In this document: positions 14,341-29,300 of the stretch, in pieces
Numbering within the stretch: the first letter of the stretch is position 1
Layout of the letters: each line of letters opens with the position of its first letter
DNA from: the human T2T-CHM13v2.0 reference genome, Homo sapiens
DNA length: 64,000 nt
Assembly (NCBI RefSeq): GCF_009914755.1
Contig: NC_060934.1
Reading direction: 5' to 3' (one strand)
The notes under the pieces: model-generated
The model's database searches: none
What the model saw: the letters and a program-made list of their open reading frames with translations, nothing else
Told to the model about the DNA's origin: nothing
Position numbers and translations under genes: made by a program

Positions 14341-17300
14341 ACTCCATTCCACTCTACTCCATTCCCATACCTTTGAATTCCATTCCTTTTCATTGCATTC
14401 CTTTCCATTCGATTCCATTTTGTTCCATTCGAGTCCATTCAATTCTATGCCATTCCATTCCATTCGAGTCCATTCCATTCCAGTCCATTACATTCCATTC
14501 AATTCCATTCCATTTCATTCCACTCCATTCCATTCGAATCCATTGCATTCCAATCCATTCCCTTCCATTTCTTTCCAATCTATTCCATTCCATTCCATTT
14601 GATTCCATTCCATTCCTTTCCTTTTGATTCCATTCCATTGATTCCATTCCATTCCATTCCACTCCATTCGTTTGCATTCCATTTGAATCGATTCCGTTTA
14701 ATTCCATTCCATTCCATTCCAATCGATACCATTCCATTCCAGTCTTTTCCGTTCTAGTCAATTGCATTCCAGTCCATTCTATTTGATTCCTTTCCATTCA
14801 ATTCCTTTCCATTCGATTGCATTCCATTGGAGTCCATTCCAATGGAGTCCATTATATTCGAATCCATTCCATTCCATTCCATTCCTCTCCAGTACATTCC
14901 AGTCCATTATATTCAAGTCCATTCCATTCCATTGCTATCCATTTTAGCCCATTCCATTCGAGTCCATTCCATTCGAGTTTATTCCATTCTTGTCCATTTC
15001 TTTAGTCCATTCGTTTTCATTGTATTCCTTTCCTTTCCATTCCACTATTTTGTATTCCATTCAATTCCATTCCCTTCGATTCCATTCCATGCCATTCCAT
15101 TCCATTCAAATCCATTTCATATCATTCAATTTCTTTCCATTCCATTTAATTCCATTCCATGTCATTCCTTTCTATTCCATTCCATTTCATTGCATTCAAT
15201 TCAATTCCATTCCATTCCAGACCGTTCCATTCCAATCCGCTCAATTAGAGTCCAATCCATTCGATTCCATTCCTTTTGATTCCATTCCATTCGATTCCAT
15301 TCCATTCGTGTCCTTTTCATTCCTGTCCATTACTTTCTGGTCCATTCCAATCCAATCTAGTCCAATCCATTCCACTCAATTCCTTTCGATTTGTGTTGCA
15401 TTTCATTCCATTTCACTCTCTTAAATTCTATTTCATTCAAGACTGTTTCATTTCAATTTATTCTTTTCGATAATATTGCATTGATTCCATTCCATTTGAT
15501 TCCATTTCATTCGAGTCCATTCCATTCCGTTCCATTCCATTCCATTCAATTCCAATTCATTCTAGTCCATTCCATTCCATTCCATTCCATGCCATGCCAT
15601 TCCTTTCCATTCTAGTCCATTCCATTCCATTCAATTCCGTTCCATTTCATTCCTTTCTATTCAACTGGAATCCATTGCGTTCCATTCCATTGGTTTCCAT
15701 TCCACTCCATTGTATTCCATTGTATTGCATTCCATTCCATTAAATTCAAGATTTTTCCATTCCAGTTCATTCCATTCGTGGCCATTCGATTTGATTCCAT
15801 TCCATTAGATTCCATTCCATATGATTCCATTCCTTTCGATTACATTCAATTGGAGTCCAATCCATTTAAGTGAGTTACTTTCAAGTCGATTCTATTCATT
15901 GGAGAACATTCGATTCCATTCCATTTGTTTATATTCGAATCCATTCTATTCAATTCAATTCAATTTGATTCCATTCCTTTCCAGACCATTCCATTCTTGT
16001 CCATTCCTTTTGAGTCCATTCAATTCCCCTTTATTCGATTCAATCCCATGCGATTCCAGTCCTTTCAATTGCATTCAATTAGACTACATTCCATTGGAGA
16101 CCATTATATTTGAGTCCATAGCATTAGAGACCATTCGAGTCCATTCCATTAGAATCCATTCGATTCCATTCCATTTAATATGAATCCATTCCATTCGAAT
16201 CCATGCCATTCGAGTCCATTTCATTGGAATCCATTCCATTCCAGTGCGTTTCATTCCAGTGAATTCCATTCAATTCCAGTCTATTCCATTTAATTCCATT
16301 CCATTCGATTCCATTCCGTTCGATTCCATTTCATTTTATTGCATTCCATTCGAGATCGTTCCATTCTAGCCCATTCCTTTCGAGTCCATTCCATTCCATT
16401 CGATTCCATTCCTTTCATTTGCATTCCTTTTGAGTGCATTCCATTCGGGTCCATTCCATGTGAGTCCATTCACTTGCAGTCCATTCCCTTCCTGTCCTTG
16501 CCATTTCATTCCACTCCATTCAATTACATTGCATTCGATTCCATTCCATTCGATTGCATTCCATTCGAATCCGTTCCATGGAGACCATTCCATTCGTTTC
16601 AACTGCATTGCAAACAATTCGAATTCGTTCCATTCGAATCCAATCCATTCGATTCCATTCCTCTCGAATCCATTCTATGCCATCCCATTCCATTCCATTA
16701 GATTTTACTCCATTCCTTTCCATTCCATTCCATTCCATTTCATTCCATTTCAATCCATTCCAATCTTTCCATTCTATTCCATTCCATTCAAGACAGATCC
16801 ATTCGGATTCATTCAAGTCGAGTTCATTCCATTCGATTCCATTGCATTAAATTCCATTCCTTTAGCTTCCATTCCGTTCGATTCCATACCATTCCATTCT
16901 ATTCCTTTTCATTCCATATGATTCCACTCAATTTCAGTACATTCTATTCGAATCATTTCTATTCCATTCCAATCAATTCAATTACATTTCATTCCATTCT
17001 ATTCCATTCCATTCCATTCCGTTTCATTCCATTGCCTTCCATTCCACTCGAATCCACTCCATTTCCTTCCATTGCATTCCATTCAATTCCAATCCATTCC
17101 ATTACCTTCCATTCCATGCCATTCCATTCCGTTCGAACCCTTTCCATTCCATTCCATTCCACTCCCTTCAATTCCATTCCATTTCATTCCAATCCTTTCC
17201 ATACGAATCCATGGCATTCCATTCCATTCCATTTCATTTGTTTCCATTCCAATCCATTCGATTACATTTGATTCCATTCCATACCATTCCATTCATTTCC

Positions 17301-20300
17301 TTTTGATTCCATTCCATTTGATTCCATTTCATTCCATTCCATTCCAATCCACTCAATTCCATTCCATTCGATTCAATTCCATTTCATTCCATTCCATTCA
17401 ATTCTATTCGAGACCATTCCATTTGGGTCCATTCCATTCGAGTACATTGCATTCCAATCCATTACTTTCGACTCCATTCCATTCGATTCCATTCCATTCC
17501 ATTTTATTTCATTCCATTGCAGTCCATTCCAATGGAGTCCATTACATTCGAGTCCACTTTATTCCATTTTTTTCCATTCCATTCCAATCCATTCTATTCC
17601 TTTCCATTCGAGTATGTTACATTGCAGTCCATTACATTCAACTACATTCCATTCCATTCCATTCGAGTCCATTCCATTCTAGTCCATTCCATTCCATTGC
17701 ATTACATGTGACTCCATTCCATTCAATTCCATTCCAATACATTGCATTTGATACCATCCATTCCAGTCCATTCTGTTCGAATCATTTCCATTCCATTCCA
17801 TTCCATTAGATTCTATTCCATTCGATTCCATACCCTTCGATGTCATTCCATGCCATTCCATTCTATTCGATTCCATTCTATTCGATTCCATTCCATTCCA
17901 TTTCTTTCCATTCCATTCGATTCCATTCCATTCCATTCGAGACCTTTCTATTTGAATCTATTCAATTCGAGTCCATTCCATTCCGTTTGATTCTATCCCA
18001 TGCCATTCCATACTATTCGACTCCATTCCATTCCATTGCGTTGCATTCCATTGCATTCCAATCCATTCGAATACATTCCATTCCATTCCACTCCATGCCA
18101 TGCCATTCCATTCCATTCGAGTGCATTCCATTCCATTCCATTCCTTTCCATTCAACTCGAATCCATTGCATTCCATTCAATCCCATTCCATTCGTTTCCA
18201 TTCCATTCCTTTCTATTCCATTCCATTCCTTTCCATTCCTTTGTAGTCCATTCCATACCATTCCATTTCATTCTATTTTAGACTATTGCATTCCAGTTCT
18301 TTCAATTCGTGTCCATTTGATTCAACTCTATTCCATCAGATTACATTCCATTCGATTTTATTCCATTCAATTCCATTGCATTCGAGTCCATTCTATTCGA
18401 GTCCATTACATTCGATTCGATTCTATTCCATTCCAGAACATTCTATTCCATTGCTTTTCATTCCGTTTGAATCCATTCCATTCAATTATTTCACTTCAAT
18501 TCCATTCCATTCGAGTCCATTACATTCTAATCCATTATTTTCGAGTCCATTCAATTCCCCTTTATTCGATTCAACTCCATTCGATTCCCTTCCTTTTAAT
18601 TGCATTCCCTTCGTGTCCATTCCATTGGAGACCATTCCATTCGAGTCCTTTCCATTCCACACCATTCGAGTCCATTCCATTCCTTTCCATTTGGGACCTT
18701 TGTATTTCAGTTCATTCCATTTGTGTCCATTTGATTCGATTCCATTCCATTGGATTCCATTCCATTCGACTCCCTTCCATTCGATTCCATTCCGTTATAT
18801 TCCATTCCTTTCGGTTCCATTCCATTCGAATCCATTCCATTCAAGTCCATTCCATTCCAGTCCATTGCATTTGAATCTAATATATTCCATTCCAGACCAT
18901 TCGATTCCATTCCATTTCATTCCATTTGAATCCTTTCCGTTCTATTCCATTCAATTCGAATCCATTCCATTCCAGTCCGTTCGATTCTAGTCCATTCCTT
19001 TCAAGTCCATTCCATTCAATTTTATTCTATTCCCTTCCATTCGATTCCACTCCTTTCGATTGCATTCCTTTCTAGTCCATTTCACTGGAGACCATTCCAT
19101 TCAAGTCCATTGCATTCCATACCATTCGAGTCCATTCCATTCTTAACCATTCCATTCGAGTCCATTCCATTCATGTCCGTTTCATTCCAGTCCATTCCAT
19201 TCGATTTCATTCCCTTCGACACCTTTCCATTTCAGTTCATTCCATTAGTGTCCTTTTGATTTGATTCCATTCCATTAGATTCCATTCCTTTCGATTCCAT
19301 TCCATTCCAGTCCATTACATTCAAGTCCATTCCACTCCAGTCCATTATATTCGAGTCCATTCTATACCATTGCAGACCATTCCGTTCAACTTTATTCTAT
19401 TCCATTCAATTTGATTCCACTCCTTTCGATTGTATTCCATTCTAGTCCATTCCATTGGAGACCATTCCATTCGAGTCCATTGCATTCCATACCATTCGAG
19501 TCCATTCCATTCTTAACCATTCCATTCTACTCCATTCCATTCGAATGCATTCCATTCATGTCCGTTCCATTCCAGTCCGTTCCATTCGATTCCATTCCAT
19601 TCCATTCCATTCCCTTCAAGACATTTCCGTTTCAGTACATTCCATTATTGTCCATTCGATTCTATTCCATTCCATTAGATTCCATTCCTTTCGATTCCAT
19701 TCCATTCCAGTCCATTACATTGAAGTCCATTCCACTTCAGTCCATTACATTCGAATCCATTCTATACCATTGCAAACCATTCGATTTCATTCGATTTAAT
19801 TCCATTCAAATCCGTTCCATTCATTTCGATTCAATTCGATTCCATTCTGTTCAAGACCATTCCATTCTATTCCATTACTTTCAATTCCATTCCATTCCAT
19901 TTTATTCAATTCCATTCCATTCAATTGCATTCTTTTTGATTGCATTAAATTCGAGTCTATTCTTTGGAGACCTTTCCATTCGAGTCCATTGCATTCCAGA
20001 CCATTCGTGTCCATTCCATTAGAATCCATTCCATTCGAATTCATTCCATTTGAATCCATTCCGTTTCTGTCCATTCCATTCCAGTCCATTCCATTCGATT
20101 CCTTTGCATTCCATTCCGTTTCATTCCATTCCATTCCATTCCGTTCCATTCCATTCCATTCGAGACCGTTCCATGCCTGTCCATTCCATTCGAGTCCATT
20201 CCACTCCAGTCTATTCCATTCAATTCCATTCCATTCGATTCCATTACAATCAATTCCATTTTCTTTTATTGCTTTCCATTCGAGACCTTTCCTTTATAGT

Positions 20301-23300
20301 CCTTTCCATTGGAGTCCATTCCATTCCATTCCATTCCATTCCATTCCTTTTGATTGCATTCCTTTTGAATGCATTCCATTCGAGTCCATTCCATTCCAGT
20401 CCATTCCATTCGAGTCCATTCCATTGGAGTCCATTAACTTCCAATCCTTTCTATTCCATTCCACTCCATTCAAGTCCATTCCATTTGATTCCTTTCCATT
20501 CGAGACCATTCCATTCCAGTCCATTCCTTTCGAGTCCACTGCATTCTATTCCATTCCATTAAATTCCATTCCATTCCATTACATTCCATTGGAGTTCGTT
20601 CCAATGGTGTCCACGACATTCGAGTCCGTTCCATTCCATTCTGTTCCATTGCCTTCCATTCCATTCTATTTGATTCCATTTGAATCCATTCCATTCGAGT
20701 ATATTCCATTGGAATACATTCCATTTGAATCCATTACATTCCAGTCCATTACATTCAAGTCCATTCCATACCTTTCCATTCAATTGTATTCCCTTCGTAT
20801 CCATCGCATTCGAATCCATTCCATTCGAGTCTAATCTATTCCAGCCCATTACATTCGAGTCCAATCCATTCCATTCCAATTTATTCCTTTCCATTTCAGT
20901 CCATTCCATTCGAATCACTTCCATTCCACTCCATTCCATACCATTCCATTACATTCCTTTCCATTCTATTAGATTCTATTCCATTTGATTCCATTCCATT
21001 CAATTCCATTCCATGCCATTCCATTCGATTCCATTCCATTCCATTTCATTCCTATCCATTCCATTCGAATCCATTCTTCTCCATTACATTCCACTCCATT
21101 CCATTCGATTCCATTCATTTCCATTCCAATCAAGACTGTTCCATTACAACCTATTCAATTCATTTCCATTCCATTCGATTCCATTCCATTTGATTCCATT
21201 CCATTTGATGCCATTCCACTCAAGTCCATTCCACTCCAGTCCATTACTTTCCAGTTCATTCAAGTTCATTCGAGTCCATTCCATTCCATTCAATTCCATT
21301 CGATTGCATTCCAATCCTTTCGAATCCAATCCATTCCATTCCATTCCATATGATTCCACTCAATTCCAGTCCATTCCATTCGAATCCTTTCCAGTACACT
21401 GCATTAAATTCCTTTCCATTCAATTAAATTCCATTTTGTTCAGTCCATTACATTCCATTGCGTTGCATTCCACCCCATTCGATTCCATTCTATTCCATTC
21501 GAGTCCAATCCATTCAATTCCATTCCATTTCATGTCCTTCCATTCCATTGCATTGCATGCTGTTCCATTCCATTCCATTCTTTTTCATTCTATTCCATTT
21601 CATTCGAGTCCATTGCACTCCATTCCATTCCATTTGTTTCCAATCCATTCCATTCCAATCCATTCCATTCCATTCCATTCCATTCCATTCCATTCCATTT
21701 CTTTCAATTTCATTCCATTTGATTGCATTCGATTCGAATTCATTCCATTGGTGTCCATTCCATTCTATTCCATGCCATTTCATTCCATTCCATTCCATGC
21801 CATGCCATGCCATTCCATTAGATTCCATTCCATTGCATTCCATTCTATTCTTTTTGAGAACTTTCCTTTCCAGTCCATTCCAAATGAGTCCATTGCAATC
21901 CAGTCCATTCCATTCGATTCCATTCCTTTTGATTCCATTCAGTTTGATTGCATTAGATTGTAGTCCATTCCAATGCAGTCCATTACATTCGAGCCCATTC
22001 CATTCCATTCTATTCCATTCCATTCCCTTCCATTCCTTTCCATTCCAGTCCGTTCCTTTACACTCAATTATTTTCCAGTCCGTTTTAGTCCATTTCATTT
22101 AATTACATTCCATTAAATTGCATTCAAGTTCATTCTGTTGCATTCTATTCCACCCCTTTCCATTCCAATTGAGTCAATTCCATTCCCCTCCATTTAATTC
22201 GAGTCCATTCCATTCCAGTCCATTACATTCGATTCCATTCCAATACATTCCATTCCATTCCATTCCTGTCCATTCCATTCGAATCAGTTCCGTTGCATTC
22301 CATTCCATTCCATTCATTTCCATTTGTTTTCATTCCATTCCATTCCTTTCCATTCCATTAAATTTTATTCCATTTTGTTGCATTCCATTCAATGCCATTT
22401 CATTCGATTCAATTCCATTCAATTCCATTCCATTGCATTCCATTCCATTCCATGCCATTCCATTCCGTTAGATTCCATTCCATTCCATTCCATTCGAGTC
22501 CATTCCATTCCATGCCATTCCATTCCATTCGTGCCAATTCCATTCCATTCCATTCTATTCCTTTCCATTCCATTTGTTTCCAGTCCATTCCATTGCATTC
22601 CATTTTATTCCATTCCATTCATTCCCTTTCGATTCCATTCCATAGTTTCCATTGTATTCTACTCCATTTGTTTACATTCCAGTTGATTCGATTCCATTTC
22701 ATTCCATTCCATTATTTTCCATTTGAGACCATTCCATTCGAGTCCATTCTTTTCGAGTCCATTACATTCCAGTCCATTTAATTTGATTCCTTTCCATTTG
22801 ATTGCATTCCTTTGGAGTCCATTCCAATGGAGTCCATTACATTCGAGTTCATTCCATTCGAGTGAATTTCATTCCATTTTATTCCATTTCATTCCATACC
22901 ATTGCATTTTATTTCATTCCCTCCCATTCTTTTCCGTTTGTGTCCATTCCATTCCATTCCATTCCATTCAAATCCATTGCATTCCATTCCTTTCCATTAT
23001 AGCCCAGTCCATTCCATTCCATTGCATTCGAGTCCAGTCCATACGCTTTCACTCAACTCCAGTCCTTTCCTTTCGAAACCTTTCCAGTCCATTGCATTCC
23101 TTTGCATTCCATTCCATTCCATTTTGTTCGATTCCATTCCTTTCCAGTCCTTTCCATTCGAATCAATTCCATTCCATTAGGTTATATTCCATTCGATTCC
23201 ATTCCGTTAGATTCCATTCCAAGCCATTACTTTCCATTTGGTTCCATTCCATTCCATTCCATTCCATTCCTTTCCATTCCATTTGATTCCATTCCATTCC

Positions 23301-26300
23301 ATTTCTTTCCACTACAATCCATTCCATTCTATTCCATTCCTTTTGAGACTATTCCATTCCAATGCATTCCATTCAAGTCCATTCCATTTGATTCCATTCT
23401 ATTTGATTACATTCCTTTCGATTATATTGCATTCCGTACCATTCCATTTGAGACCTTTCCATTCCATTCATTCCATTCATGTCTTTTCGTTTCTATTCCA
23501 TTGCATTTGATTCTATTCCATTCCATTCCATTCCATTCCATTCAATTCCATTCCATTGCATTCCATTTGAGTCCATTCCATTCGAGTCCATTGCATTCCA
23601 TACCATTCGCTTCCATTCCATTGAAATCCATTCCATTCGAGTCCATTCCACTCCACTCCATTCCGTTCTAGTCCGTTCCACTCGATTCCATTCCATTCGA
23701 TTCTATTCCTTTCCATTCCATTCGACTCCACTTGATTCCACTCCATACCCTTCCATTTTATTCGATTCCATTCTATTTGATTCCGGTCCATTCGTCTTCA
23801 TTCCATTGGAGTCCATTCCATTCGAGTCCTTTCAACTCCAGACCATTGTTTTCAATTCCCTTACATTCGTTTCCTTTCATTTCATTGCATTCCATTAGAT
23901 TCCATTCCATTCTATTCCATTCCATTCCATTCCATTCGAGACTGTTCCATTCCAGTCCATTCCATTCGAGTCCATTCCGTTCCATTGCAGTGCTTTCAAA
24001 TCCATTCCATTCCATCACATTCCTTTCCTTTGCATTCCATTCGATTCTTTCCTATTAGATTCCATTCCGTTTGATTCCATTACATGCCCTGCCATTCCAT
24101 TCCATTCCATTCTATTATGTTCTATTTGATTCCCTTTGGGTCCATTTCATTCAAGTCTATTCCATTCCATCTCATTCCATTCTTTTACATTATATTCCAT
24201 TTCATTCAGTTCAATTCGATTCCATTCCATTTATTTACGTTACATTATATACCAATATATGCGATTCCATTCGTTTCCTTTTCATTTACTTTGATTCGAT
24301 TCCATTCCAATCCATTTCACTCCATTCAATTCCATTCCATTTGAGTCCATTCCATTCGAATCCATTACATTCCAGTTCATTCCAATCCACTACATTGCAT
24401 TCAATTCCATTGCATTCAATTCCATTCCATTGGATTTCATTCCATACTATTACATTCCATTTGATTCCATTGCCCTCGAGTCCCTTCCATTCGAGTCCAT
24501 TCCATTCCAGTCCATTACATTCAAGTCCATTCCATTCAATTTTATTCCATTCGCGTCTTTCCATTCCATTCCATTCCTTTCCATTCCGTTCCATTCGATA
24601 CAGTTACTTTCGGATCCATTGAATTCAAGTCCATTCCATTCGATTGCATTCCATTAGACTCCATTCCTTTTGATTTCGATCCATTCAAGTCCGTTCCACT
24701 CCATTCCATTCAATTCCATTCCATTCGCGACTGTTCCCTTCTTGTCCAGTCTTTTCGAGTCCATTCCATTCCAGTTTTTTCGATTCCATTCCATTCGATT
24801 CCATTCCATTCGACTCCATTCCTTTCGATTGCATTGAATTTGAGTCCATTCCATTGGAGTAAATTCTATTCGAGCCCATTGCATTAGAGATCATTCGAGT
24901 CCATTCCTTTTGAATCCATTCCATTCGAGTCTATTCCATTCGAATCCATTCCATTCCAGTATGTTCCATTCCAGTCCATTTCATTCGATTACATTCGTTT
25001 CCATTGCATTCCATTCCATTCAATTCCATTCCATGCCATTCCATTCCATTCGAGGCTGTTCCATTCTGGTCCACTCCATTCGATTCCAGTCCATTCCATT
25101 CCATTCCATTCCATTCCATTCCATTCCATTTGATTCCATTCTATTGAATTCAATTCCATTCGAAACCATTCTATTCCAGTTCATTCCATTTGTGTCTAAT
25201 CAATTCTACTGCATTCCATTAGATTCCATTCCATTCGAGTCCATTCCATTCGATTGAATTCCATTTGAGTCCCTTCCGTTGGAGACCATTCGATTCGAGT
25301 CCATTCCATTACATACCATTCACGTCCATTCTGATCAAATTCATTCCATTCGAGTCCGTTGCATTTGTGCACATTCCATTCCAGTCCATTCTGTTCCGGT
25401 CCATTCCATTCTATTCCATTCCCTTCCATTCCATTCTATTCTATTCCATTCGACTCCATTCGGTTCCATTCCATTCCATTTCATTCCATTTGATTCAATT
25501 CGATTGGTTTCCATTCCATTCGAATCCATTCCATTCAATTTCATTCCATTCGACTCCATTATATTCCAGTCCATTCCACTCCCTTCCAATCCATTCCATT
25601 GTTTTTCATTCCATTCTATTACATTCCATTCGATTCCATTGCACTCGAGTGCATTCCATTCGATTCCATTCCATTCGAGTCCATTCCTTTCCATTCAATT
25701 CCGTTCCATTTTGTTAGATTCTGTTACATGCCATTCCATTCCATTCAAGTCCATTCCATTCCATTCAAATCCATTCCATTCCATTCCATTCCATTCCATT
25801 TCATTCTTTTCCATTTGACTCCATTCAATTAGACTCCATTGCAAGCAATTCCATTGCAAGCAATTCCATTCCATTCCATTCCATTCCATTCCATTCCATT
25901 CCATTCGACTCCATTCAATTAGACTCCATTGCAAGCAATTCCATTGCAAGCAATTCCATTCCACTCCATTCGAATCCATTCCATTCCATTCAATTCCACT
26001 CCATTCTATTCCATTCCTTTCCATTCTATTCTCTTCTATTCCATTCATTTGAGTTTATTCGCTTCAAGTCCATTCCATTCCATTCCATTCTATTCCATTG
26101 TATTCCCTTCTATTGCATTCCATTTGATTTAATTTGATTCGATTCCATTCCATTCGTATCCATTCCATACAATTCCATTCCATTCGAGTCTGTTGCATTC
26201 AACTCCATTATTTTCTAGTCCATTCCAATCCATTTCAATCCATTCCATTCCAATAAATACCATTGCATTTCATTCCGTTCCATTACATTCCATTCAATTC

Positions 26301-29300
26301 CTTTGCAATCGATTGTATTCCATTCGAGTCCATTACATTCAAGTCAGTTACATTCGAGTACATTGAATTCAAGTTCATTCCATTCCATTCCATTCCATTT
26401 GATTCCATTGATTGCATTCCTTTGGAGTCTATTCCAATGGAGTCCATTAAATTTTAGTCCATTCCTTTCCATTCTATTACATTCCAGTCCATTACATTCA
26501 AGTCCATTCTATTGCATTCCATTCCACTCCTTTCCATTCCATTCGAGTCCATTCTTTTTGAGTCCATTCCATTCCATTCCAGTACTTTACAATCGAGTGA
26601 ATTCCATTCCATTCCATTCCATTCTATTTCATTCCATTCCATTCCATTCCATTCCATTCATTTCCATTCCATTCCATTCCATTGGATTCTATTCCATTTG
26701 CTTCCTATCCATTCATTTCCTTTCCTTTCAATTCCATTCCATTCCATTCCACTCCTTTCCATTCCACTCGATTCCATTCCATTCCATTGTATTCCTTTCC
26801 ATGCAATTCCATTCCCTTCGAGACCGTTCCATTACAATCCATTCAATTTGAGTTCATTCTATTTGATTACATTCCATTTTATTCCATTCTATTCGAATAT
26901 ATTGCATTCGAGTCCATTCCATTTCTGTCCATTACTTTCCAGTCTATTCCGTTCCATTCCAGTCCATTCTTTTCCATTCGACTCCATTTGATTCCATTCC
27001 ATTCCATTCCATTCTATTCTATTCCATTCGAGACCATTCCATTTCAATTTATTCAATTTTTACCATTCTATTAGACTCCATTCCATTCCATTCCATGCAG
27101 TTCCATTCTGTTTGATTCCTTGCCATGCCATTCCATTCCATTCCATTCCATTCCATTCCATTCCATTCCTTTGTATTCCATTCCATTGCAGTCCATTCTA
27201 GTACATTCCATTGAATTCCATTCCATGAGATGCCATTCCATTCCATTTGAGTCCATTCCATTCCATTCCATTTCATTCCATTTCATTTCTTTCCATTCAA
27301 CTCGAATCCATTGCATTCCATTCCATTCCATTCCATTCATTTCCATTCCATTGCATTCCATTTTATGCCATTTCATTCTGTTCCTTTTCATTCCATTCCA
27401 CATTAGACCTTTCCATTCCAGTTCTTTCCCTTCGTGTTCATTTGATTCGATTCCATTCCATTTGATTCCATTCCATCCGATTCTATTGCATTCAAATCCA
27501 TTCCATTCGAGTCCATTCCATTCGAGTCCATTACATTCAAGTCGATTCTATTCAATTCCAGATCATCCGATTCCATTCCATGTCACTCCTTTAGAATCCA
27601 TTCCATTCAATTCCATTCACTTTGATTCCGTTCCATTGGAGACCGTTCCATTCTAGTAAATTCCCTTCAAGTCCATTCAATTCCACTTTATTTGATTCAA
27701 TTCCATTCGATTCCATTCCTTTCGATTGCATTCCATTCGAGTCCATTCCATTGCAGACCATTCCATTTGCGTCCATTCCATTCCACACCGCTCGAGTCCA
27801 TTCCATTCCATTCCATTCCATCTCATTCCTTTGCCTTCCATTCCATTCTCTTCCATTCCTTTCCTTTCCTTTCCATTGCATTCTTTCTATTGCATTTTTT
27901 TAGAGTGTATTCAATTCGAGTCCATTCCATTCCACTCCATTCGATTTCATTCCGTTTGATTCCATTCCATTCAATTGCATTCCTTTTGATTCCATTCTAT
28001 TGGAGACCATTCGAGTCCATTCTATTCAAATCCATTCCATTCCATTCCATTCCATTCCATTCCATTCCATTTCTTTCCATTCCTTTCTGCACTGTTCCAT
28101 TCCAGTCCAATCCATTCGAGTCCATTCCATTCCAGTCCCTTCCATTCGATTGCATTCCATTTGATTGCATTCCATTCCAGTCCATTCCAATGGAGTCCAT
28201 TCCATTCGAGACCATTTCATTCGATTCCATTAGATTCCAGTCCATTCTAATATAGTCCATTCCATTCGAGTTCATTTCATTTGAGTCCATTCCATTCCAG
28301 TCCATTACATTCGATTCCATTCCATTCCTTTCTATTCCATTCCATTCTTTACATTCCATTCCATTACATTAAATTTGTTTCCATTCCATTCCATTCTATT
28401 CCCTGCCATTCTTTCCATTCCATTCCATTCGAGTCCATTCCATTCAAGACCATTCCATTCCAGTCCATTCCATTTGTGTCCCTTCCATTCCATTGCTTTT
28501 GATTCAATTCCATTACATTTGATTCCGTTCCATTCAATTCCATTCCATTCAATTGGAATCCATTTGCTTCCAATCCAAAGGAGTCCATTTCATTCGAGTA
28601 CATGATTACATTCCATTTGATTCCATTCCATTCGATATGTTTCCTTTCAATTGCATTCCATTCGACTCCATTCCAATGGAATCCATTCCATTCGAGTCCG
28701 TTCCATTCAAGTCCATTACATTCAAGTCGATTCTACTCAATTCCAGGTCATTTGATTCCATTCCATTTTACTCCTTTCAAATCCATTCCATTCAATTCCA
28801 TTCACTTGGATTCCATTTCATTCGAGACTGTTCCATTATAATCCATTCCTTTCAAATCCATTCCTTTCAATTCCATTGAATTCCACTTTATTTGATTCAA
28901 TTCCATTTGATACCATTCCTTTAGGTTGCTTTCCATTCGAGTCCATTCCATTGCAGACCATTCCATTTGCATCCATTCCATTCCACACCTCTCGAGTCCA
29001 TTCCATTCCATCTCATTCTATTGCATTGCATTCCATTCTGTTCCATTCCTTTCCATTCCACTCCATTATTTCTATTGCATTCCTTTAGAGTGCATTCAAT
29101 TAGAGTACATTCCATTCCACTCCATTCCATTGAATTCCATTCCATTCAATTGCATTCCATATGAGTCCATTCCATTGGAGACCATTCCTTTCGAGTACAT
29201 TGCATTGCAGAACATTCGAGTCCATTCCATTCATATCCATTCCATTTGAGTCCATTCCATTCGTGTCCATTCCACTCGATTCCATTCCATTCCATGCCAT

